Assembly: GCA_051362555.1 (NCBI GenBank)
Contig: CM120640.1
Location: 45,486,788-45,550,787, forward strand
DNA from: Lingula anatina
Lineage: Eukaryota > Animalia > Brachiopoda
Length of the DNA: 64,000 nt
Reading direction: 5' to 3'
Shown here: one piece after another, positions 1 through 11,900 of the stretch
Numbering within the stretch: position 1 is the first letter of the stretch
Layout: each line of letters starts with the position of its first letter
Made by a program: the position numbers and the translations under genes
The notes under the pieces: generated by a model
Databases searched by the model: none
Told to the model about the DNA's origin: nothing
What the model saw: only the letters and a program-made list of their open reading frames with translations

Positions 1-1217
1 TCTTACTGGTTATTTCCATCACATAAATAGCTTTATGGCTAAAACACCATCTGTATTATGTTTCAGTAATTTGGTAGGAGTTAACAATATGCATCCATCC
101 GTCAGGTCTTGCTTGGTAATTACATGCACTAAAGTGCTATATGTTAAAGTTACTATATGTATAACAAAAAAAGGACAGCCAATCTGAACCTCCTCCTGAA
201 TCTTAATGCACCTGTCCACATGTGGTTTGGACATTTTATTTTCATTAGAGCAATGGGAATAGAAGTTCTCATTGGCAGCCATGTGTATACTAAGTATATT
301 GTTTCATCTAAAACTGGTTCTCTGTGACAATTTTTGAAAAATCCCTTTTAGAGGCTCACAGGTAGTCTGCTTAGAAGTAAATGTTATTTGTTACTTTGTC
401 TGAATACCAAGAATATAATTAATATAGAATCGTTCATAAACCTACTCTAAGTATTGTACTTTTTTGTGAAGGATTTGTGGTCAGTATACACAAAAATGCA
501 CACACAAACACACACCATCAAACAGAGGGAATCCATCAATTAATATTACTGTCATATCACATAAGGGTGTAATTTTGCAAATAGTCTTCTAGAAAATGCA
601 TGTAGTCTTAAATATTTGTTTATAGTATATGTAGTTAAGTTGATAGTTAACAGCATTACCATATTTAGCTGTCTCAATTTTTTTAAAGATTTACATACAA
701 ACACAGCTGGGAATATTGAAATGAAGGGAACCATACTGCAGTGTACTAAGCAAATGGAAAACTGAATTATAATCCAATATATCTAATACCCAATATAGCC
801 TAAATGAATTTAAACCAAAGTGTTTTAGTGTTGTGAAGTGTATTTTTGGACTTTGCAGTCAAAGCACAGCTTGAATTATGCTTTCATACTGGTGCTAATC
901 TTTTTCCAGTTGTATGTTACATTCTCTCTGCTAGTATACTACTTAAATGACCACAAATGATGATATAACAGTAGTTAAGAACAAACTGGTGAAAAACAGC
1001 AGTCTTCTGTTTTAAGGTTTAGAAACATTAACTCTCTTAAAATTCAAACACCCATTCGAGTTGCCAGTATTTCATTTCCGAAATTTTAAAGTGTCATGCA
1101 ATCTAGAAGTTTCTAATGCCTGTAAATTTGCATTTTGTAGCAGGAGTTTGTAAGATATTTTGTAGTGTTTATTTTTATGTACAGACACAGATGTGTCTGT
1201 ACATATAGCCATCATCT

Positions 1218-1280
1218 GCGTCTGTCGTCGCCGTCGCCGTCGTCGCTGTCGCCGTCGTCGCCGTCGTCGCCGTCGCCGTG
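1218..1280. repeat. (CGTCGC/CGT)n microsatellite at the 5' end of the HINE
   Basis: gcgtctgtcgtcgccgtcgccgtcgtcgctgtcgccgtcgtcgccgtcgtcgccgtcgccgt. Confidence 0.9.
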
Positions 1281-1286
1281 CACTTT

Positions 1287-2580
1287 TACCGATAACACGA
1301 TAAATGGAAAACTGTTTTTTCTTTTGGTATGAAACTTACAGAACTGATGAATATTCATAATACGCAGGTCAAGTTCGAAAATCAGCATGATCGGGTCACT
1401 TTTAGGGAATTTATGCTGTTTTTTCACTTTTTTCAGCATATATGCAGCACTGATAACACGATAAGTGGAAAACCATTTTACCTTTTGACTTGAAACTTAC
1501 AAAACTGATGAATATTCATAATACGCAGGTCAAGTTTGAAAATCAGCATGATCGGGTCACTTTTAGGGAATTAATGCTGTTTTTTCACTTTTTTCAGCAT
1601 ATATGCAGCACTGATAACACGATAAGTGAAAAACCATTTTACCTTTTGGCTTGAAAGTTACAGAACTGATGAATATTCATAATACGCAGGTCAAGTTCGA
1701 AAATCAGCATGATCGTGTCATTTTTAGGGAATTTATGCTGTTTTTTTCACTTTTTTCAGCATATATGCAACCCCGATAACACCATAAGTGGAAAACCATC
1801 CTACCTTTTGGCTTGAAACTTACAAAACTGATTAATATTCATAATACACAGGTCAAGTTCGAAAATCAGCATGATTGGGTCATTTTTAGGGAATTTATGC
1901 TGTTTTTTCACTATTTTTCAGCATATATGCAGCACCGATAACACCATAAGTGGAAAACCAATTTACCTTTTGGCTTGAAACTTGTAGAACTGATAAATAT
2001 TCATAATACGCAAGTCAAGTTCGAAAATCAGCATGATTCGATTATTGTTAGGGAATTTATGCTGTTTTTTCACTTTTTTCAGCATATATATGCAGCACTG
2101 ATAACACAATAAGTGGAAAACTGTTTTTTCATTTGGCTTGAAACTTACAGAACTAATGAATATTCATAATACACAGGTCAAGTTTGAAAATCAGCAAGAT
2201 CGGACAATTTTTATGGAAGTTATCCTGTTTTTTTTTTTTTTTTTTTTTTTTCAATTTTTTCAGCACTTTTATAACACCGATAACATGATAAGTGTAAAAA
2301 TGTTTTTCCTTTCCTTGGATTGAAATTTACAGAACTGGTGAATATTTATTATACGCAGGTCAAGTTTGAAAATTGGCATGATTGGACTATTTTTACAAAA
2401 GTAATGCTGTTTTTTTCCCTTTATTCAGCATACATGCAACACTGATAACGCATTTTAAGGAAAACCAATCAGCCTTTTGTCTTGCAACTCACAGGAGTGA
2501 TCAATCTGACCAGTATACAGATCAAGTTTGAAAATAAGCTTGATCAGTTAAGTTTTGATGAAGTTATTAGCCTTTTTGTA
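1287..2580. repeat. Tandem array of ~161-163-bp monomers, ~8 copies
   Basis: Anchor GATAAC at 1291, 1452, 1613, 1775, 1937, 2100, 2279 and 2444. One spacing is lengthened by a poly-T expansion, and the last copies are more diverged. Confidence 0.95.
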
Positions 2581-4574
2581 TATAAGTGGTTTTTCTTCAG
2601 ATTTAATTCTTAAGCATGTTAACAGTCTCATAACGGTACTAATTGGATATGTTAAAGTGTTGTTTTAACATTTTCTGCTTCTTAACAATATTGTTAGTTG
2701 ATTATATAAAAATGACGGTAAACCTATTATCCTGCATTGTGTAATAAAGTATCAAAAATGGAAAGGAACTCATCATTGCAGTTCGTCAGATTCAATCATT
2801 CACTATGTTCAGAATCTCCAAATGGAGCTAATTGGACATTATAAATTGTTCTATTGATATTTTTCCTATGTCAACAATTTTCCTAGTTGATCATTTAAAA
2901 ATGACAGTTAATTGATGATGGTTTTATGTAAAAAAGGTGTTGAAAATGGAAAGAAAATCATTTCAGTACAGTTATCTCTTGTTAACATTTTGGCATTTTG
3001 AAAGTGTGACCCTAACTTCCATGTCCTTGGAGACCTTTCCATATCACATTTTCTGAATATCCATGATACTTTTATTTTTTTATAAAAAATTTGATGGTCA
3101 TTATGCTGTTAAGTATTATGTTATATTGCATGAAAGTTAAAGAAAACCCTATTTTGGACACTGCTGCCAGGATAGCGATTAAGGGAAAACCATGTTACTT
3201 ATGATAATCAACCTTACTGAAAAGAGTGAAGTGCAGCTTGTGTTGGAAAACCATCGTAATTGTTTTCTGTTTTGAAAGCAATGCAGTACAGTGCTATTTG
3301 GTGCAATAAATGTATATGGATAGTAGGCAGTTAATTCAGGGTTATAAAATAATTTGCTTAATTGATTTTCAAGTTATTTCAGGGTTATAAAATAATTTGC
3401 TTAATTAATTTTCAAGTGGGTATTAAATGAGATTACATAAACACACATTGAGATTTCATTGTAAAGTCCCATCGGTTTAGCTTTCTTAACTGTGTCACAT
3501 AATTAGGAATCGATGATTATTATGCAGATAAATGTTATTTAATATGGAAAATAAGTTTACAAAAAAAAATTTGTGTAACGCTTACATTAATGCTAAAGAT
3601 GAATAACAGTGCCTTATTATTCTCAAACTCAATAGGGTTATTCATATCATGTTAGTAATTGTACAGAATCGTTATGATTGTCAAACTTTCAAAAAAGAAA
3701 CACAGGACTAAAATGCAGCCCAAGTTGGAAAAGCAGTCTAATGGGCTTCTTTTTCTGGAAGTTATTCATTTTAGTGAAATATTCATTATCTTTTTGGCAT
3801 ATTCATTGTGGGACTTGGAGCTCCCATGGACATGAAGCCGGATGGTAATCAAATTTTCTACATGTTCATGCTATTTATAGTCAATAATCAAAAATTGGTG
3901 ATAATTATTCTATAATTTATTATGTAATGTTACATCAAAATTGACAATAATCTTTTTTGCACTGCTACTGCAAACATTATGAAAAGAAAACTGTGTTATT
4001 TATTATTATATTTAACTTAAGAGTATGATTTTTAGGATTGGCATGCAGTTCAAATTAGAAAGCCAGGTCAGTTGGGTTATCATTTATTATTGAATTTAAT
4101 GCAATTTTGTGTGAAATTTCATTTTTCTTATTCTGGCACTTTCTAAGTATAAACTTGAACTCTGATGGGCCTGAAGCCTTATGCTTTTACTCTCATCGGT
4201 GTTACCTGTTGTGCAAAATTAAAATTTGATGTTGACTGTGCAGTTAAACATAATGTATTATTGCATCAGAAGTGGTAGTCTCCTATTTTGTGCATTATTG
4301 TTTTGTGCTCTTCTTAAGTTGTGACTTATGGGCCTGAAAGACCTTTGAGAGGGTCAGTCTATAAATTTCCCTTGGGTATCACTTCGCTAATTTCAGTTAT
4401 AAAGTAATTTGCCTAATTGATAGGCTACATAAAGCACACTTGTGATTTGAGATTACATAAAGCACACTTGTTGATATTTCCCTGTAAACTCCCATAGGTT
4501 AAGCTCTCTGCTAGATTAATAATAAGGAAGCAGTGATAATTATGCAGGTAAATTTTGTTTAATATTGCAAATAA

Positions 4575-4578
<4 letters not shown>

Positions 4579-4621
<43 letters not shown>
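4579..4621. repeat. (TA)n microsatellite
   Basis: About 21 TA units. Confidence 0.95.
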
Positions 4622-4623
<2 letters not shown>

Positions 4624-4668
4624 AACTGAAAGATTAAAAGTTTGAATAGCAGCTTCATTGGAATTATA

Positions 4669-4854
4669 TTTACCTCTGCCAAGGAGGTTATATTTTCACC
4701 CCTGTTTGTCATCAACATAACTCAAAAAGTTATGGACCGATTTTGCTGAAATTTTCAGGAACTGTCAGAAGTGGGCCAAAGAGGACAAAAATCAATAATA
4801 ATCAACAATTGCTACCTTGGCAGAGGTCTGCACTCTCGGAGTGCTTTTCTAGTT
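4669..4854 (+). mobile_element. Small nested HINE-type element
   Basis: 13-bp perfect subterminal inverted repeats ACCTCTGCCAAGG (4672-4684) / CCTTGGCAGAGGT (4815-4827), then hairpin GCACTC-TCG-GAGTGC and a TTTTCTAGTT end; flanked by T-runs. Confidence 0.8.
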
Positions 4855-7800
4855 TTGTTGTTTTCCTTTATAATTTTTTCTCAAACACTTGCATTTGTGA
4901 CTTTAAACTCTCATCCGCCTGAGACTCTGACATTTCTGTTTTTCCACATAAGCAGTTGTATTGTTTTTTATGTCTTTAAACATTATGTTACTTATGTAAT
5001 ATTATTTTATGCACTGTCATCATTTTTCAAATATTAAGACTTACATCATGTGAATTTGAACTCTCATGGTCCTGAAACTAATCTTATTGAAAGGGTAGAT
5101 TGAGACCATCTTCTGGGACTTCCGGAAGACAGTCAGGTTATTAAGTTTATATTGCCTGGTATCTATTTTTTCTTCTGTTGGAAGACCATCAAAATGGAGG
5201 ATGGATCAAAATAGATACTTTGGAATACTGTCAGAAAATATCTCTGGGTCCGCTCATGTTATTGACCATTTTACCTGTTGTGCATGATTAAAATTCAGTG
5301 TTGACTGACAGTGCTATTATAAGCATTATTTATTATTGCATCAAAATTGACAAAATGACCTATTTTGCATCTTTATTTTCTGTTTTTTGTCTGTACATTT
5401 GACAGCTTTGCTGCCTTGTTCTACTATATGATAATTACTATAAAGCAATTGTTTCCCTTGAACTGTCTCAGTTCACCATTTCATGTATAATTTCTGGTTA
5501 TAAATATAAATGGTAATCCTTTTTATTTAAGGACTCACTTTACCAGACTCATTTTTAACATTGTGTCCACACCAAATTGTTGGTACAATTATTGCAGATA
5601 TAACTGAATAATTCAGTTGACAACACCCCCCCCCCCGCCCCTGAAAAAATTGGAAATGGGAATATACCTGGGGGAAGGACAAAGATGCTACAAATAAAAG
5701 TTTAATCCATAATTTGATCAAACATTTTAAATGAACAAATACTGTTAAGAAAAATAAAATTGCAACTCATAATATTCATTTGCAAAGTAAGCTTTTGTTT
5801 ATTGCTCACATTATTGGGAATATCGGTCCTGCAACACAACCATGTTGTACAGAAAAATACAACAAAATTGAGGGCCAGAGTCAAATAGATTGCACAGTTT
5901 CTCTTCCATATAAATGCATTTTACACTATGCTGGTGCTCTCCATAGGATCATCTATCACTGGTACTTCACATGAAGTATTACACTAAGAATAGTCTTAGC
6001 AAGACTTGTTGCCTTTTCTCTTTTGAAAACTTAATTTGTTCTTCTTTTTCACTACTGCTGCCATTGGGCATGGGCATTATCTGGCAGGAAATTTGTCTGT
6101 TAGTGAATTCCACTTTGGTAACTCATACCAAAAGGGATATTTTCTGCTTTTTGGTTCAAATGTTTATCTAGTACAAAATATAATAAGGATTTAAAAATTA
6201 TTTTCCAACTAGAATGCTAAGAATTGCAATATTCAGAATAACTGTAACTTTGTTTACAGAATATAGCCATGTAAAATATAGCTAATTAAAAATGAAATAA
6301 ATACACAAATAATTCTGCAAATTTTGATTTCACTCTACAATTTATGGCTTATGCTGCACGAAATTTAAATATTCAAAATGCTTAAAGTAATGAGTGCCTT
6401 CTGAAATATGTAAATTGTGAAGTCAATATAGAATTGGTGCAAGTGACTAGTTCTATGATACTGTCAGGCAATTCACATAGATTTCTCAACTCTCAATTTC
6501 TCAATCATATGGAGACTTTTAGATCTAGTGATGTAAATAAAAACACATAATTTTTGTGTACAACCATTTTTCATGTCTAAAATACCTTCCCCTGTTGCAC
6601 TTGAATATCCCCCTCCCCAAAGAAGTTTTTTACTTAATATGTTAAGGTATTTACAATAACTTTGTCAAGATTATCAAGTACATTCTTAAATTTCTTCACT
6701 AAATATCCAGTACCGTTGTTTGTGGAAATCACTGTCCTTCTGGAGAGCACCTGGCAAGAACAAAATGGAAATGCACCATTTCTTAAATCAAGAATGAGCA
6801 GTTTTTCAAAGTTTTTTTTTGGTACCCATGAAAAGATACAAAGGTTGCAATTTGATGCAGTGCTAGAGTAATGGCAGTAAATGCCCTTGACATTCAGCAA
6901 TGTGTTTCTGAAGATACTTGCTCGAAATGTCTATAAGAACAGCCTGTCAAAATCACAGAATAAATCTACAACTGCAAAAATACAACATATTTTAGGACTA
7001 ATGCCTTAACATCTCTCTATTTTGCCCCCACATTATATCTATCATAATAAAGACAAATGTGATAATTTAGTCCTAAAATTAGCTTGACATATAAAGCCAT
7101 TTAGATTTTGTGTATGGTACATTTTCCAAGTGGGGTTCAAACCGGCTACACAAAAAGCATTCCTAGAATATGTTACAGATTTGTTGTATTTACATACATG
7201 AATTGATAACTTTCTGCATATGTTAGGACAGTTCTTACATCTAAAATTATTTTCAACAAAGTGAAAATTACACCACACTTAAAGGGAAATTCCTCCTGAA
7301 ATGGGTGCTTAGTCACTTGCGATTCTACTTTCCAGGTCTTCACACTTCTAAGAACCTCTTATTCTTAGAAGAACTGATGAACATGAGTATATATATATAT
7401 ATAATTTTTTTTGTTTTTAAAGTGAAAAAAAAAAATAATTAAAAGTAAGCAAGCAAAACCAAAGATGGGGCAAATGACCAATCATTTGATGTCAGTTTTG
7501 AACAGAGACCTCTCCAAACAATGTTTCTCCACATAATACTGAAATACCTGCTACAATGTGTACAAACTGGGTAAAATCAACTCACTGATTTTGTCAAAAC
7601 TGCTTTATGAAAGATATGAAATATACGTCATACTCGTTCTTTAAAATTTTGTTACATGCCCAGAAGAATGTAGAATTTCACAATCCAAGCCTAAAAGTCT
7701 TCGTACACAGTGCAGCAGTTCAAACAATGATGGATAAGATTTCTGTGCAACAATAAAGAGGGTTATCATTCCAAACAAGTCAATTTTCAATTCAAACTAT

Positions 7801-8988
7801 CTGTTTACATCGTTTGGACAATATTCCCAAAAGAAGGGCAAAGCCTGCTTATAGGAAAAAATAATATCAATATTGTGATATTGATCACAAAATAATTCAC
7901 ATTTGGCATGTGTTTAATTTTTTTTACTAATAATTTTACTTCTTTGATTGTGGCAGTTACAACAAAAAGAGCACTTCTCACACAGTGAGAGAGACAAAAA
8001 AAGCAAGACAACTTGGTCCACAGCCATTCCAACAAAAAGCTGCAACAATAAAAGAAATAAATACTTTTATGGTGTTAAACTGCATACACATATTAAACAG
8101 AAAAAAGAACCAATCATTAAATGAACATAATAACACAAACTTCAACCGTAGATTGAATTTAACTTTTAAATAGAACTCCATAATCTGTCATTTGTTCTAA
8201 CCTTTTGCTTATTTAATGTGTATGGAAATACATTTACAAGTTAAGTTTTTTTTGCATATTAATACTGAAATAAAATGGGGCTACATTTCATCCCTGGTGA
8301 TTTATAGTGGGCTGCTTGTTCACAAAGTTGCAGACAGATACACTACCCATCATTACACATAAAAATGAAACGAAAATTATGAGCATCTTCACAGTCAGTT
8401 TGTAAATAGAGACTTCACATTGCTGTAAAAAAGATTATGCTACCTGATCAGATGAATTCAACCTGTAAGTTAGTATCTGAAGTTTAAGAAATGTACTAAA
8501 ATTCCAACATTTGATATATGAAACCTATTCGTGATATCTTCTGCCTCCCAATGAACAAGAGCAATCATAGAATGTGCAATAATAAAAAAAAATACATGTA
8601 ATCTTGAGCTCTATGAGCCAATGCACAAAGTTAATGTTACATATACAAAGCACCTCAAAATAATGTCCTGGAAATATCTGTTACGAATATAACCTGCATG
8701 GGTGATTTTACGACTTATATCATAACTTTATCTCTACAAGAAGTGTATATCACAGATTTAACTCACTTTAGCAGCTATAGCAATGTGGTGTAATGGAGGG
8801 TTCTTTTTGGGGTGATTTCAATTCATACTTAATAACTCCTTTGCAGGGGTTTAGGCAAAAAATGTAAGGATCAAGAAGTTTTCTTTCAGCAGAGATTGTA
8901 TCCATTGTTGGTCATATTAGATATGTCATGACAAGACCCTGACATACAGTGCCATCTATTGGTCAGGTGTTGAGAAAAAGGACCAGAG

Positions 8989-11900
8989 CTAGGAGTCTTC
9001 ATGAAGGGACTGGTCATATTCCTGTATTAATCGTTTAATGTGTCCTAGTTTAGTGTGCAAGTAGTCAACTTCCTTCTTCTCTTCCATGTATTTTGAGTCA
9101 TTCTTCATGCCCTTGTATTCTCTGTAGATTTTGTCACGGATTTTCTGCAAAAATAAAATTTTTAAATGAAAATTCAATTTTAAATGGCAAACATTATGAA
9201 ATGTAAATAATAAAATACTGAATAAATAAACCATCTAATGCATCTGTAACTATCTATCTAACTTTAATGGACAACCAATTAGAATAACAGTTCACAGTAC
9301 AATATAAGACAACATGAAGAGCAGCATTATCAAATTAGAGTATCACCAGAAACATTGATGCAACTTAATCAACAATAAAAATGACAAATTCAAGGTCAGA
9401 CAAGAGCAACTAAGTTCTTATGTAAGCAGGGAGAATACCTTGCACTGACTATTTGCTGTGCTCATATATTCATATAACATTTAAAAAATTAATAATAGTT
9501 TGCCATCTCCTCGAAATTAATGTTTTTCAGAATCAAATCAATGTTTATCACAGTCTTCTGTGCCTGGTTTAAACAGCATTTTTTAGAAACACTTGTCAAA
9601 GTATCTCCCTCCCCTTGATGTGGGACCTACAGTCCAGTGATAAAAGCATTATATGATAATGAAGATATCATCAGTTCAACCACTTGCCAAAAGGATAAAT
9701 TTGGAAAGGTAATCCCCTCTGACATATAGCATTTTTATGTTAATACACTTTCCAAATAACTCTTCAAATTTGTAACACCAACATTGTGTACTGAAGATGA
9801 TTCTTTATGAACTCCAAATAGATTGCTATTTGGAAATGTACAAAAACTTGGCAAAACCATTATAAATATCCTATATCAACTTCTCAGTGTTCTTATTTAA
9901 ATGTCCATGTGATGCCCCTTTACATGAACATTCACTCATTTCGTGTGTCAAATCATCTTAGAGGTTAGGATATGTTGAAACATTCACCTCATACTCCTCT
10001 GTGCCAGGTTTGGACTTGTAGAGCTGTTCTTGGAGCTCTCGGAACTTCTTGGAAACTTTCTCCACACTAGCATGTATCCCCCTGTAGTGGTCGTACTGTT
10101 GGTTGAAGTCCTCCTTGTACCTCCTCCGCTGCTCTTGGGAGTTGATCATGGTGTACTGACTGGAAAGTATAAAAGTATCAGCAACTACAGTTTCAACTGT
10201 CTTAAATGCACATTCATTATCACAATTTTCAACTATCTGTAAATGTAATGTCCTTGTAATGCCCTTGTATGCAAGACAAACTTGTGAATGATCTATTCTA
10301 TCCATATAGCTTCTAGTTGTGAGCTTGAATTAAAATTTTTCATAAATAAAAGTTGAAAACTTAGATAGCTGACAAGGGGGAGAAAAGACATAACTAAACT
10401 GCACTCATAAAACTTAAAATATGGAAAAAATCAGGAAAAGAATATGCTTTCACAGTAAATCTTGTCTGCTTACAGGATGTAGTCTGGGGTGTCTGAGGTG
10501 GATGAAGCTAAGGCCCGACTGCTTCCTTTGTTCTCTTTAAAAGAAGAAAAAAACTGTTATACATCAAAATAGCAACCACTTTTGATAATATTTCTGTTTT
10601 CAAATAGCAAAACTGTTTACATTTTGTGAACCATATCTGAATTTTGTTAAGAACCAATCTAAACACAGAAAAAAATAAAAGCCCTCCTTGTTTTGACATT
10701 TTAATGGAAAAGTTCCTAGACAAAATCCATTAAATAAGTGTGCAGTAAGAGCTGGTGCTTTTTTTCCTGGCAAAGCCTGCATCAAAAAACAACAAAGGTA
10801 TGTCACAACATAAGAAACCAAATCAGAGTTAATGTATTTTTTATGTAAACTCTTGTTTAACCTCACAAGTGCCTCTCTCCACAAAAAAATGCAACTACTT
10901 AGGCCAAGTTTTATGGAGTTATAACGGTAACCTGAAGACAGCCAACTGGTAGTTCAAAATAAGAGAGAAGTTAACTGAATGACACTAAATACAGAGCATC
11001 ATGTATTATCAAACAATAGAATAACTGCACATTTCTACTGCAGTGTTGAAAGACTGCCAATTCACTGCAATTATTATTTATGTTATGTGGTAAATTTTTT
11101 ATTGAGTTATAAAAATATGTTTTAAAATATTATGAATGGCAATTCCTTTTGACCGCCTACTTGTATGCTGCGATTGTTGTTTGCACCATGTCTGTCATTT
11201 GACTTCCTACCTTCATCTGTCTTAATATGGCTGGAATCTGGAGTAGTTGTGGTCACTTCATATTTGTCTGGACTATAATGACCATTGACAGTAGCCTTGC
11301 TGGAAGAATGGGCTATTCTCTGTTTTTTACTAGGCTGGTCTAACTCACTGATGCTGCTACTACTGCCTCTTTTCTGAAAGTAAAAAGAAATTACCATTTT
11401 TATATAAAGTTGCCTCAGGGTGACCTGTTACCAAGCAACCAAGACAAGGTGCATTGTGTTACCAAGCAACCGAGACAAGGTGGCCCATGTTACCAAGCAA
11501 CCAAGACAAGGTGGCCTGTCTTACCAAACAATCAAGACAAGGTGGCCTGTGTTACCAAGCATCCAAGACAAGGTGGACTGTGTTACCAAGCAGCCAAGAC
11601 AAAAAAAATGACCTGTGTTGACTAACCTGTGAAGAGGGTGGACTATGAGCAGTACTAGTTGGGGATACAGATGGAGATCTTGTGGGAGTGCCATTGCTTT
11701 CATGCGGCCTACGCCTGAAATATAGCAACAAAAACCAATTAATTTATGCTATTTAATTATCCGAAAGCATTAATTTTTTTTGTAAATGTTTTCTGTAAAT
11801 GCAAGTTGTCTGCTTGTGTATAGTTGCACAGAATCTAATATCATATATCAATTACACTAATAACCATTGATAAATCTTCAAATACTGATTGAATATCATC

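Larger units (their letters stand above)
1172..5420 (+). mobile_element. Non-autonomous Helentron/DINE-1-like (HINE) element, ~4.2 kb
   Basis: Order of parts: T-run; 13-bp perfect hairpin TATGTACAGACAC/GTGTCTGTACATA (1176-1205); (CGTCGC)n microsatellite; ~162-bp array; AT-rich body; inverted subterminal repeat TGTCTGTACAT (5388-5398); short hairpin GACAGC-TTT-GCTGCC; TTGTT. This is the HINE/DINE-1 layout. Confidence 0.75.

Noticed and set aside
1343-1385. CTGATGA...GAAA in each satellite monomer, resembling a hammerhead ribozyme core
   Set aside because: No stem II closes between CUGAUGA and GAAA, and no stem I/III arrangement is evident.
1287-2580. Regular repeat array as CRISPR
   Set aside because: Whole monomers repeat with no unique spacers; eukaryotic context; no cas genes.
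10600-10884. ORF with a plausible acceptor in an ELL intron
   Set aside because: No phase-compatible donor found, and the peptide is not ELL-like.
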